A stretch of 32,000 nucleotides of DNA, taken from NCBI RefSeq assembly GCF_000025945.1, contig NC_006138.1, positions 2,280,001 to 2,312,000 on the forward strand, in the 5' to 3' direction. Position 1 is the first letter of the stretch; each line of letters starts with the position of its first letter. This document shows, in pieces, positions 23,659 through 32,000 of the stretch. A program made the position numbers and the translations under genes. The stretch is from Desulfotalea psychrophila LSv54 (GTDB taxonomy: Bacteria > Desulfobacterota > Desulfobulbia > Desulfobulbales > Desulfocapsaceae). The notes below the pieces were generated by a model. It did no database searches. It worked only from the letters and a program-made list of their open reading frames with translations, and was not told where the DNA came from.

Positions 23659-24072
23659 CTATAGCCCCAAGCGCAACGCCTCCTTCTCCTGCCGTATCAG
23701 GCAGGCCCGATTGAAGGCATTTTTCTTCCCATGCTTTTTAATCGAAACGGAGGTTTTGCCCCGCTTTCCCTCGGGCGTCACCCAGGTGGCCTCATAACGT
23801 TCCCGTTTTTCATTGAGCAGCACCCCTATAACACCGGTTCCTCCACGGCTTTTGCTGAACATCATCTGGTCCGTTCTGGGTTTGCCAATTTCTTTTTCCT
23901 TCTGGTTACGCCATGCCGTCGCAGCCTGAAGTGCTGATTCATTCCCTCCATTTTTTTTATCTGAAAAAAACTTGCTATGCATACGCCCCTGAAATGTGAT
24001 TCTTACATACCAGCCGTATGTATTCTTTGATTCCTGAGCCACTCTGCTGATGCCCTTAATCTTCATGCTCAT
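23659..24072 (-). CDS. AP2-domain DNA-binding protein (two AP2-like repeats)
   Basis: YGWYVRITFQGRMHSKFFSDKKNGGNESALQAATAWRNQ, and a second repeat GVIGVLLNEKRERYEATWVTPEGKRGKTSVSIKKHGKKNAFNRA. Confidence 0.6.
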   Translation of the reverse strand: MSMKIKGISRVAQESKNTYGWYVRITFQGRMHSKFFSDKKNGGNESALQAATAWRNQKEKEIGKPRTDQMMFSKSRGGTGVIGVLLNEKRERYEATWVTPEGKRGKTSVSIKKHGKKNAFNRACLIRQEKEALRLGL

Positions 24073-24259
24073 CGCCCTCTTCTTCAGGATAAAGTCGTTG
24101 ATTATATGTCAGTTCCCTTTGCCGATGCCCAACTATTTACATGATTCATTAATATTGTTTAACAGAAATAAAATGCTAGAACTATAACTTTTTTTATCCT
24201 ATCTGGAGAAAAGGCTAGGGCGAGAGAGCCAGTCAGCCCGTGACTCTCAGCCCCAATTC

Positions 24260-24781
24260 TCAACCATTTCCTGGTAAAATATCTTTAAATGAAGAACCCT
24301 GGATCCTCTCGGTATTTTCACGGTAAAGCTTCCGTAATTTGTTCTTTTCTACTTCAAAATTGGCCATATCTCCTCGCGCGATAGAGCTGGCTATCCGGGC
24401 CATATATTCTGCCGATTGTTGAGAGCTCAGCACTCCTGCAAGTTGCATGGAGATCACCGCTGAATTCACCGCTCCCAGCTGCTCATCCATCTCCCGTGTC
24501 GGACCCTTTTTTATTACCACGGGAATATCGCGACCAAGTCCTTCCTCAAGTAACAAATGTAATTTGCTCTTTTGCACTTTCGACCAGACAATCTCTCCCG
24601 AGGCGTCAATTCTGCCCACGGAAAAACCGTTTTCCTGAAGCTCTGTCAGAAGTTTTGCAAACCAGACAGTCCCTCCCTTTCCCAGTTCCTTATCTACGGA
24701 TCGTCCATTCTGAGCAGCTCGATAGGCGCAGATAAAATTTTTGATATTCTCTCGGCCGATAATAGCTAAGGGGCCATTCAT
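24260..24781 (-). CDS. hypothetical early-region protein
   Basis: 173-aa ORF whose start overlaps the stop of the replication gene at base 24781. Confidence 0.5.
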   Translation of the reverse strand: MNGPLAIIGRENIKNFICAYRAAQNGRSVDKELGKGGTVWFAKLLTELQENGFSVGRIDASGEIVWSKVQKSKLHLLLEEGLGRDIPVVIKKGPTREMDEQLGAVNSAVISMQLAGVLSSQQSAEYMARIASSIARGDMANFEVEKNKLRKLYRENTERIQGSSFKDILPGNG

Positions 24782-25710
24782 CAGCTCACCTCACAGTCAA
24801 CTCCTGAACTGGCGGGGACAAAAACTTTTCCGGGAGCGTCCCGTGATCTGACTGCCTGCAAATAACTTTCAAACTTGGTGCCAAAGAGAGTGAGGGGCCT
24901 CAGATACTCGCACATTTTCTCATCACTCCCCCACTCCTCAGTCTTGTTATCGATCACCTGCTTAAAATCATCGAAGCGAAAGCCTTCCTGCCAGCGAGCC
25001 CGTATTACCGAGGTGGTTGCCTTGGTGGAGTTCTTGAAATCCTTATCAGTAGCAGCGTTGAGGTAGGAAATAATCTTCGTAAAAGGAATTCTCTCGGACG
25101 CAGACGATACAACCACCGCTGTCACGACAATATTTTTTTCCTGTTCTTGTTCCTGCTCCTGTTCCTGCTCCTGTATTGGCAAGGGTTTACCCAATGGTTC
25201 CCCAAAGGTTTGGGGGATGGTTTCCGCAGGGTCAGTATCAACCATCTCCAGACCTTCTGCCCAACCATCCTGAAACCTCTCCTGTAATTCTTTGCAACCC
25301 GCAACAAAGGTCTCTTGAACCTTCCCCGACAGATACCGTAGATTATTTAAGAACCTACCCAACAGATCCGTCAGGGGTACATCGTGAAGATCCGACAGAT
25401 TGCCCTTGAGCACATTCTCATTTTCCGGATGGTTGTACTTCCACCAGGTGGGGAGATAGAGAACTCTGGCGCCTCTGTCGTACTCCCAGGCAAACCTCTC
25501 CAGCACAACGAGGAAACCTCGCTGAAACCTCTGCTGCTTCATACCAAGATCTTCGGCGGCAAGGGCTACGGAGAATCTAAAGATTCCCACTCTGTTAACC
25601 TGCGCCGAGGTGAAACAGTAAAGAGCGATCAGCTTTTCCTCTGGTTTGAGCTGGTAAAAGACCTCGTCGTCCCACACCCTGGGGTCGACCTTTCTATATT
25701 TAACAGCCAT
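24781..25710 (-). CDS. phage replication/initiation protein with Phg_2220_C-type C-terminal domain
   Basis: IPFTKIISYLNAATDKDFKNSTKATTSVIRARWQEGFRFDDFKQVIDNKTEEWGSDEKMCEYLRPLTLFGTKFESYL matches the conserved phage C-terminus (Phg_2220_C) pattern. Has an (EQ)6 linker. Confidence 0.75.
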   Translation of the reverse strand: MAVKYRKVDPRVWDDEVFYQLKPEEKLIALYCFTSAQVNRVGIFRFSVALAAEDLGMKQQRFQRGFLVVLERFAWEYDRGARVLYLPTWWKYNHPENENVLKGNLSDLHDVPLTDLLGRFLNNLRYLSGKVQETFVAGCKELQERFQDGWAEGLEMVDTDPAETIPQTFGEPLGKPLPIQEQEQEQEQEQEKNIVVTAVVVSSASERIPFTKIISYLNAATDKDFKNSTKATTSVIRARWQEGFRFDDFKQVIDNKTEEWGSDEKMCEYLRPLTLFGTKFESYLQAVRSRDAPGKVFVPASSGVDCEVS

Positions 25711-25762
25711 GGCATACCTTCATGTCTATAAGAGGGGACACATTCTGCTGCCGGCCCTGTCT

Positions 25763-26470
25763 TTACAGGCTATGCAGAATCGCAATATCAGCACAGATTA
25801 TTGATGTGCGAAAAAAATCGGCTATCTTCTCGATCGCCTCAATCTTCCAGGCACCACCATCGGCCTCAAACAATGCACAACTATGATCTTTGGTGAGACG
25901 CAGAACAAAGTTACTGCAGGGCTGTTCTAATTCTGGAAAGGTTCTATAGGGAGCAATGGAGACAGGGTTGGGCAAAGCTACTTTTTCCACATTGGCCAGG
26001 CCGGTTTTTACCTCGGCAATCTGAGTCACTCCATCGTCATAGAGCCCTACATCGGATCTGGTGACCATATTTCCCACCATCTTTAAGATGGCGCCGATCA
26101 CTTCGTCCTGGACAAACTGTGCCTGCAGGGAAACGATAAACTCTTCCACATCATAGTACCGGCCAAAAACAAAAGGATCATAGGCACAGCTGGACTCCAA
26201 AAAAGTCTCCCGGTCTCGGTGATCAGGATCCAGCCCACTCAAAAGAACCACCTTGCTCGGCGAGAGCACGTTCACCACAAAAGCCACTCCTTCCTCGGTA
26301 AGGTTGTTTGCATAGTCGGCTATGGCCTGCAAACTGTGCACTTCGAGTCCCATTGCCAGTGGTCTTGCCAGTCTATGCAGGCGTTTATTACTAAGGACCA
26401 CCCCACTTTCTTCACGAAAATTGGGTTTGCTCATCTCTTCAATTTTTTCTATAAACGTTCTATCAATCAT
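25763..26470 (-). CDS. hypothetical early-region protein (possibly DUF2303/YfdQ-like)
   Basis: I take the start as the ATG at 26470 (MIDRTFIEKIEE...) after GAGGAA. The 309-aa track ORF overlaps the upstream gene and is probably over-extended. The family guess comes from memory only. Confidence 0.45.
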   Translation of the reverse strand: MIDRTFIEKIEEMSKPNFREESGVVLSNKRLHRLARPLAMGLEVHSLQAIADYANNLTEEGVAFVVNVLSPSKVVLLSGLDPDHRDRETFLESSCAYDPFVFGRYYDVEEFIVSLQAQFVQDEVIGAILKMVGNMVTRSDVGLYDDGVTQIAEVKTGLANVEKVALPNPVSIAPYRTFPELEQPCSNFVLRLTKDHSCALFEADGGAWKIEAIEKIADFFRTSIICADIAILHSL

Positions 26471-26504
26471 CTCGAGTTCCTCGGTTATGGTAAATTTGTT
26501 GAGA

Positions 26505-26882
26505 TTAAGCCTTGGCCTGCTTTTTGAAATCCTCAAAGCTCCTGATTTTGTCGCCCGGGGAGCTACTCCCCGCCTCACTAAAGAGATTTGGCTGTTCCAT
26601 AACCTTCTCTCTTGCTGCAACCTCGCCCGAGGCCAGGTCAACACCAGAATAAAAAAGTGAGGCAAGAGGTTTTGCCGGAACGAGCTTTTCACTGCAGGAG
26701 GTAACCATCTCAGCTATCTCGCGGTCCTCTTTATTGGGTTTGACGACGATCTTTATATTGATCTCTCGCTTGGCACCGGCATCGGTATTGACATCATGAA
26801 TATTTTTTATCAACCGCGCTAAAGAACGTTGAAACTTTGCCTCTAAACTTCCCTTGCCAATTTCACTGAGTTTTATGTCCAT
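26505..26882 (-). CDS. hypothetical early-region protein
   Basis: 125-aa ORF in the operon. No motif recognised. Confidence 0.5.
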   Translation of the reverse strand: MDIKLSEIGKGSLEAKFQRSLARLIKNIHDVNTDAGAKREINIKIVVKPNKEDREIAEMVTSCSEKLVPAKPLASLFYSGVDLASGEVAAREKVMEQPNLFSEAGSSSPGDKIRSFEDFKKQAKA

Positions 26883-27069
26883 CTTTTTTCTCCTCGAAAT
26901 ATAAACTTACCAATTTTCCACTCCAGTGAGGGCAGCCCCGACAGCGAACGTCTTGGCAGTAGGCACAAAAACTCCGACCGCCATACTTTTTGTCCCTGTC
27001 GAACCAAGGCGTTCCCTTGGTGTCACTTGGGTAGGCGCTGCACCCTTGCTTTCTTTTCAATGAACCCAT
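26863..27069 (-). CDS. small Cys-rich (putative zinc-binding) protein
   Basis: 68 aa containing C..C..C..C (FCAYCQDVRCRGCPHW). Confidence 0.4.
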   Translation of the reverse strand: MGSLKRKQGCSAYPSDTKGTPWFDRDKKYGGRSFCAYCQDVRCRGCPHWSGKLVSLYFEEKKDGHKTQ

Positions 27070-27088
27070 GGATTAAAGGTCATTGGGG

Positions 27089-27397
27089 CTAAAGAGGAGC
27101 GATTAATAGAAACAGCAAAACAATTTGTTTTGATGGTAGAAAAAAGAGGCTGGCGCCAGCAAGATGAGGCGACGCCTGCGCTTGGGATTTTTGTGAGTCT
27201 AATATCTGTTCGGGGAGAGGTGCGGGATGGAGCCCTTCACCTAAAGGAAGAAGGATTATGGCGGAACGATAGCCCTCTGGGAATTCATCGGATGAGATCC
27301 TTCTACTATCATATCTAGGCAGGACAGCAGGGTCATCCCCTTGCGGAGTGATAGATGTGGGAGACGTACACCTCTTGACTAAATCGATCGTTTTCAT
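27089..27397 (-). CDS. hypothetical protein (weak)
   Basis: 102-aa ORF of low complexity, Pro/Ser-rich, with no clear RBS. Confidence 0.25.
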   Translation of the reverse strand: MKTIDLVKRCTSPTSITPQGDDPAVLPRYDSRRISSDEFPEGYRSAIILLPLGEGLHPAPLPEQILDSQKSQAQASPHLAGASLFFLPSKQIVLLFLLIAPL

Positions 27398-27412
27398 TAT
27401 ATTCCTATATGT

Positions 27413-27718
27413 TCAGTTATGGTGTTTTTCTTTTCGCACTGTAATTTTCCCTTGTTGATGTTTGCGCATCGACAGGGGATTTTTTTTGCCTACCAGCATC
27501 CTGGCTCCGGCAACTCGGCGGACAAGCTTGCGCAGAAGCCAGCAATGATGCCTTCCGGCTCTTTGCCGCCACCAACGCATGCAACTCTCATAAATGTTTT
27601 CCTCCTCTGGTTTTCTTGAAAAAGTGACCAGAAAATCTGCCAATCCATAGAATAAAAATAGTGCCAACATGGCACAACAAACTAAATACAGGTCAACAAC
27701 CATGCTCCCCGTAGACAC
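27413..27718 (-). CDS. hypothetical small membrane protein
   Basis: 101 aa. N-terminal TM segment (VVDLYLVCCAMLALFLFYGLADFLV) followed by a basic tail. Confidence 0.4.
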   Translation of the reverse strand: MSTGSMVVDLYLVCCAMLALFLFYGLADFLVTFSRKPEEENIYESCMRWWRQRAGRHHCWLLRKLVRRVAGARMLVGKKNPLSMRKHQQGKITVRKEKHHN

Positions 27719-27730
27719 CTTTGCTCCATT

Positions 27731-27958
27731 TTAAAAAATGTTTGATTGTGTAAATTGGATAATGGCTGTTTTCTCGTAACGAACAGCACCACCAACTTTT
27801 ATATAGCTGGGACCATGCCCCAGGCTACGCCAATTACGAAGCGTTCCGGCAGAAATTTTTAGAATATTACTCACCTCATCAATGGTGAGCAGTTCCTGTA
27901 TAGGAGCCACCCTTGACAGCTCCTCTCTGATTATCTCTCGCAGCACATCTTCCTTCAT
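27731..27958 (-). CDS. HTH_17 / excisionase-family DNA-binding protein
   Basis: LLTIDEVSNILKISAGTLRNWRSLGHGPSYIKVGGAVRYEKTAI. GGAGG lies 8 nt before the ATG. Confidence 0.7.
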   Translation of the reverse strand: MKEDVLREIIREELSRVAPIQELLTIDEVSNILKISAGTLRNWRSLGHGPSYIKVGGAVRYEKTAIIQFTQSNIF

Positions 27959-28235
27959 TTGCCTGGCCTCCCCTCTCCTCCTTCTCGGTGCTTATATTCA
28001 ACCTGTCATCTTCGCCCAAACTTTTTTGTTTTTGCTCCAGATAGGACTCAACAAGTCTCTTATAGATTGTCCCTCCCTCGGCGAGCATCAAAAGTTCAAA
28101 AGGTACTTTTGTCAGCTCAGCGAGAGAGTTAGCCTTTGCCCTGGAGAATTTTTTCTTGCCCATTTTTATTTCATGAATAAAAACCTCGGAAATCCCCAGA
28201 TAATTCGCTATTTGCCTCTGTTTGACCGTTTTCAT
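27879..28235 (-). CDS. Cro-like HTH regulator
   Basis: I take the start as the ATG at 28235 (MKTVKQRQIANYLGISEVFIHEIKMGKKKFSRAKANSLAELT). Divergent from the cI-like gene. The 3' tail overlaps the next gene by 80 nt. Confidence 0.6.
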   Translation of the reverse strand: MKTVKQRQIANYLGISEVFIHEIKMGKKKFSRAKANSLAELTKVPFELLMLAEGGTIYKRLVESYLEQKQKSLGEDDRLNISTEKEERGGQANEGRCAARDNQRGAVKGGSYTGTAHH

Positions 28236-28252
28236 GCTAAGAGCATACGTTT

Positions 28253-28264
28253 TTAGCTGATGGC
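28253..28264. promoter_or_regulatory. operator-like half-palindrome (O2)
   Basis: TTAGCTGATGGC, related to the O1 sequence TTAGCTATTGGC. Confidence 0.35.
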
Positions 28265-28309
28265 ATGTCAATGTCGTTTTGAAAAAAAGGCCAAGTCTTT
28301 AATATTTCC

Positions 28310-28338
28310 TTGTTTTTTTAGCTATTGGCTAATATTAT
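28310..28338 (+). promoter_or_regulatory. putative repressor-gene promoter with embedded operator O1
   Basis: TTGTTT, a 17-nt spacer and TATTAT. The spacer contains the palindrome TTAGC-TATTG-GCTAA (28318-28332). Confidence 0.4.
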
Positions 28339-28359
28339 AAAACAAAGGAGTACATAATT

Positions 28360-29070
28360 ATGCTTAAGCAAACAACCTTCTCTGCAGCGCTTGTTTATTG
28401 CTTATCTAAAAAGGGATACGGTGCAAGTAGCCTTTGTGCAAAAAGTACAGGAATATCAAGTGGGTATTTAACAGAACTTAAAAAAGCGAAAAAGAAGGGC
28501 TCAGAAGAGCAAAGAAGACTGCTCGCCCTCTATTTTGAAATGAGCTATGAAGATTTCCTAGCAGCTGGAGAGCAAATTCTTGCAGGAAAAAATCCTACAG
28601 AATTAATCTCCACTAAAATACTTAAAAAAAGGGTTAAAAACCTTGGAATAACTCATAAAAGTATAAAAAAAATACCCCTTCTTTCATGGACAGAAGCGGC
28701 TGAATGGAGTACTACCTTAAAAAATACTCTATCCGCGACAATAAATGAGTGGATTACGGTGATCTGTAAGGCCGGCAAAACAGCCTTTGCCCTTAAGGTC
28801 ATGTGCCAATCGATGGAACCAGAATTTTGTCCGGGTGATATTATCATCGTCGATCCGGAAATTGCGCCTGAAACGGGGCGTTTTGTCATAGCTCAACTAG
28901 ACGGCCAATCTTCGGGCAGCGAGGCAACCCTGAAAAGGTTTGAACGAGACGGAGGTGACCTTTACCTGGTCTCCCTCAATGACAAGTATGGAGATAAAAA
29001 TGTGACGGATACAAACTTCAAAATCTGCGGTTGCGTGGTGCAGAAGATTAAAAATTATTCGATCGGATAA
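28360..29070 (+). CDS. cI/LexA-like repressor (N-terminal HTH plus S24 peptidase domain)
   Basis: The C-terminus has MCQSMEPEFCPGDIIIVD (catalytic Ser) and ATLKRF (Lys). AAAGGAG RBS. Divergent from the Cro-like gene. Confidence 0.85.
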   Translation: MLKQTTFSAALVYCLSKKGYGASSLCAKSTGISSGYLTELKKAKKKGSEEQRRLLALYFEMSYEDFLAAGEQILAGKNPTELISTKILKKRVKNLGITHKSIKKIPLLSWTEAAEWSTTLKNTLSATINEWITVICKAGKTAFALKVMCQSMEPEFCPGDIIIVDPEIAPETGRFVIAQLDGQSSGSEATLKRFERDGGDLYLVSLNDKYGDKNVTDTNFKICGCVVQKIKNYSIG

Positions 29071-29095
29071 AATATTTTTGTTCAGAAGGAATAGT

Positions 29096-30214
29096 ATGCC
29101 TAATATATTCACCTTTGCAACTAGCGAGCTCTCCACCTCCGCCTTCTATGCCTGGCTCTTAGAAAATCTCAATCCCAAATATACCTCCACCCCAGCGATT
29201 AAACAGGCCGCCCTGGATTTCACCAACCACTGCCTGACAAAAGTCAGTATCCCCACTCTTGCCGTGGCCGATATAAAGGCTCTTGAGGTTGCAACAGAGT
29301 ATCCACTGAACCCAAATTGCAGAATAGATATCTATGCAAAGTTTACGAGATACGGAGAAGACCCCATACATCTCTTCATCGAAAATAAGGTGCAGGCAAA
29401 CGAGACAAAAAAAGACCAACTCGTGCAATACCACGATGAGATAAAGAACAAGGAGACAAAAGGCCATATCACCGGAGATATTGCTGAAATTTACCTCAAA
29501 TCAGGCTACGATTTTGCAGATCCCCTGTGCTACAAAGACATTAAGGGAATAGTTGTCTCCAAAGGTGCTTTCAAAAAGATCAACTGGCAAGATCTCTGGG
29601 CAATATTCTCTCCCCATCGTGCTATAGGCAGTGATTTTGTTCGAGACATGGCGGCCTGCGTGGAGAATAAATACAACTTCATCGATAACCAAAGAAGTGC
29701 CACTACCCTTGCTGATTTCACCTTAAGTGATCATGTCGGCCAGTCTTTTCTTCTCCAAATCATCTTTCACTCTTACTTTACCACCAACGCCCCCCTTTAT
29801 ACATCCACAGCAAACAGCCGAACCAGAACCCACTATAACAACAAGTGCTACCTCCAGGTGGGTAACAGCAGAGGCAGATCCTGGACAAAATTTGTCCCCT
29901 GCCAGGGTCAGGACATCCTGAAATGTCGCATTGAGAAATTAGCTGGTGGTTACTTCCTAAGACTGGGTATTTATATTCCCAAGGCTGACTTGCCCACAAA
30001 ACTGACATACATCAAGACGCAACGTGATAAGATGCACGACGAAATTGATGTTGCAGGGCTTAGCTTTATCGAAAAACTTCTCCCTAGAAGAGGTAACCCC
30101 TCTGCTATCTTTTTTGCCCAAATCTACCTCGATAGTAAGACCAACACCCCAAGCATGGCAGATCTGCAAAAGCTCAACAGTGTTGTTCAAAACTATATTT
30201 CAATGAAGCCTTAG
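29096..30214 (+). CDS. PD-(D/E)xK nuclease superfamily protein (PDDEXK_4-like)
   Basis: CRIDIYAKF...IHLFIENKVQANETKKDQLVQY gives D...ExK plus the QLxxY tail I associate with this family. I take the start as the ATG at 29096 after AAGGAA. Lies 25 nt after the repressor gene on the same strand. Confidence 0.6.
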   Translation: MPNIFTFATSELSTSAFYAWLLENLNPKYTSTPAIKQAALDFTNHCLTKVSIPTLAVADIKALEVATEYPLNPNCRIDIYAKFTRYGEDPIHLFIENKVQANETKKDQLVQYHDEIKNKETKGHITGDIAEIYLKSGYDFADPLCYKDIKGIVVSKGAFKKINWQDLWAIFSPHRAIGSDFVRDMAACVENKYNFIDNQRSATTLADFTLSDHVGQSFLLQIIFHSYFTTNAPLYTSTANSRTRTHYNNKCYLQVGNSRGRSWTKFVPCQGQDILKCRIEKLAGGYFLRLGIYIPKADLPTKLTYIKTQRDKMHDEIDVAGLSFIEKLLPRRGNPSAIFFAQIYLDSKTNTPSMADLQKLNSVVQNYISMKP

Positions 30215-30941
30215 CTCGATTAGACCCTTGGCCGTGGTGAGATAAACAGCAAGGTATCTCGCATAAAAGACAGAGCTCTTGATATAGTAGCAACGCCTTC
30301 TGCGGCTTTGTTTTAGCCACAGAAAATCTCTCCAAAGAGCGTCTTTCAACCTACAAACGATATACCATTTTAAGATGAGCACTAGCAAAAGCTTATCCAG
30401 CCAGTAAAACAGAGCGGTATTATCTGTAATAACTCAAAAATTTAAATTATTTGATTTAAAAAAAGTAACCGTGCTTTTGCACCTCTACATGCTAAGCAAT
30501 GGTTGATATCATGTTTCATGATATGCTGATATTTCATGGTGGAAATTTTCTCCATTTATGCACTTAATGTTCTTTAATCATTGCTTAAAGCAAAGAATAA
30601 GTGTAGATCAGAAAAAAGTAATTTCAATCCTTTGTAAGGGATAAATATAGGTGTGTAGGTTGTAATGTTGGTAAACAGATTCGTTTGTTTTCCACTCGCA
30701 CTATGATGACATAGAATCATTGGGGTAAAATTTTCAAGCAACAAACAACTGTTTCACGGGCACTACACCAAAACACTGAAGCGGCCTATTCGCAAAAAGA
30801 TCAGGTTGTCGAAAAGTGCTAGGCTATATGTCAGCGGTACTTTTATAGAGAGAGCATTTTACTAAACAACAAATTGGCGTAACGACCAATAGCTGTGTGG
30901 TATGAAAAACAACTGAATTACAAATCAACAAAGGATGAAAT

Positions 30942-31913
30942 ATGTTTTCAACTGATTTATATGATAGCGTTTTACTTGCTCCAGCTACACAAGGTGCTGA
31001 CCATTTACATGTCATATCTGGATATGCAACTGCGGCAATGGCGTTTCGCCATATCAGGCATGTAAATAAACAAGGGCATGACATAAAGGTAGATTTAATA
31101 GTAGGTATGTGCCCTAATGATGGCCTGTCGATTAGTAATCACAACGGTTTTAAAAAACTTGTTGAAGATGATTTTGCTGGTAAATTCGAATGCTCTTATG
31201 TGATGGCATCACCTGCTATTCATTCAAAAGTTTATGTTTGGACAAAAGATAATAAACCTGTATTTGGTTTTGCTGGTTCTGCCAATTATACTCAAAATGC
31301 TTTTTTTTCCAAACAGCGTGAAGCAGTAGCCTCATGTGATCCTAACATCGCTTACGACTATTTCCAAAATTTACTCTCTGACACCATATGTTGCACACAC
31401 AATAATGTTGAAAACTCAATACAGTTATACAATGAAAATTACTCGAAAAAGAAGCTACAACTTGTGGAGCAAGGAGCGTTTGAGGAAACAACACCTGACC
31501 ATATAAAGGGGTTACCTAAAATAACAATCTCATTACTTGCAAATAATGGCACTTTGCCGCCACGTTCTGGATTAAACTGGGGACAACGCCCAGAACAACA
31601 CAGAGCGCCAAACCAAGCCTATATAAGATTACCTTCTACCGTTTACCGGACAGATTTTTTCCCGGAGAAGACAATTCAATTTACAGTTTTAACAGACGAT
31701 GGAGAAACAATAATGTGTACTCGTGCCCAAGAGAATGGGAAAGCAATACATAGTCCCCACAACAACAGTTTAATTGGGAAATATTTTAGGAATAGACTTG
31801 GATTAACTTCCGGTGTTTTGGTTACAAAAAACGATTTGACATCATACGGTCGTAGCGATATTACCTTTTATAAAATTGATGACGAAACATATTATATGGA
31901 TTTTTCAGTTTAG
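30942..31913 (+). CDS. PLD-family restriction endonuclease, NgoFVII/BfiI-like, with C-terminal B3-like DNA-binding domain
   Basis: AIHSKVYVW...GFAGSANYTQNAF is an HxK...GSxN (HKD) motif. The C-terminal GLNWGQR...NQAYIRLP...FFPEKTIQFTVLTDDGETIMCTRAQENGKAIHS resembles the NgoFVII_C / B3 fold pattern. Confidence 0.7.
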   Translation: MFSTDLYDSVLLAPATQGADHLHVISGYATAAMAFRHIRHVNKQGHDIKVDLIVGMCPNDGLSISNHNGFKKLVEDDFAGKFECSYVMASPAIHSKVYVWTKDNKPVFGFAGSANYTQNAFFSKQREAVASCDPNIAYDYFQNLLSDTICCTHNNVENSIQLYNENYSKKKLQLVEQGAFEETTPDHIKGLPKITISLLANNGTLPPRSGLNWGQRPEQHRAPNQAYIRLPSTVYRTDFFPEKTIQFTVLTDDGETIMCTRAQENGKAIHSPHNNSLIGKYFRNRLGLTSGVLVTKNDLTSYGRSDITFYKIDDETYYMDFSV

Positions 31914-31956
31914 CTGTGAATGGACAACTTTCCCGAGTTTTATTGCGTAAATCATG

Positions 31957-32000
31957 GGTCATGATGCCAAAACGTTGAAGTAATAGTATAGTGTATTCTT
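31957..32000 (+). mobile_element. left end of a second IS1-family element (runs off the window)
   Basis: GGTCATGATGCCAAAACGTTGAAG is 23/24 identical to 21130-21153. The following 20 nt are also related. Confidence 0.6.

Noticed and set aside
25138-25175. GAACAG/GAGCAG-type repeat as a regulatory repeat
   Set aside because: It is simply the in-frame (EQ)6 linker of the replication protein between its N- and C-terminal domains.
26471-26692. Long N-terminal extensions in the ORF track (25763-26692, 27879-28271, 23391-23642, 9831-10436, 8261-9961)
   Set aside because: The extensions overlap upstream genes or regulatory DNA and look non-protein-like. Internal starts with RBSs at 26470, 28235, 23585, 10409 and 9847 fit better.
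30200-30388. 62-aa minus-strand ORF, and 30824-31084 (minus), in the non-coding stretch
   Set aside because: No RBS and odd composition (Arg/Cys/Tyr-rich). The second one overlaps the endonuclease start. Both are likely spurious.

Overview
All calls come from reading the sequence and the ORF track. No database search was run, so family names are recalled motif patterns, not hits. The window is a temperate-phage genome segment whose core genes all lie on the minus strand. Bases 1-12526 hold the late region: structural genes, an N4-gp56-type major capsid, scaffold, portal, TerL, TerS, a lysis cassette and a Q-like late regulator. The Q-like gene is followed by a sigma70-like late promoter and two tandem terminators. 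Next come a tRNA 3'-end-like fragment (putative att core, 12575-12612) and a phage-type tyrosine integrase (12660-13883). Bases 23391-29070 hold the early and immunity region: AP2-type DNA binder, Phg_2220_C replication protein, HTH_17 protein, Cro-like protein and a divergent cI/S24 repressor. Between int and the early genes is a visibly AT-rich accessory block (about 14.2-23.3 kb). It contains a plus-strand array of ORFs, each followed by a GC-rich imperfect palindrome with integron attC architecture. The R' box of each site is the reverse complement of the R'' box of the next, which is the signature of cassette insertion. No IntI gene is present in the window, so the array is CALIN-like. 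The cassettes encode a P-loop NTPase, a frameshifted HNH-DGQHR (DndB/ParB-like) nuclease, a diadenylate-cyclase-fold (DAC) protein with an unknown N-terminal domain and a zinc ribbon, a possible HEPN protein and a membrane protein. These look like compact single-gene defence candidates. The array is cut by an IS1-family remnant and is followed by IS630 debris and a membrane HD-GYP phosphodiesterase. Downstream of cI are a PD-(D/E)xK nuclease, a solitary PLD/NgoFVII-like restriction endonuclease with no methyltransferase, and a second IS1-like end at the window edge. No CRISPR array, rRNA or intact tRNA was seen.
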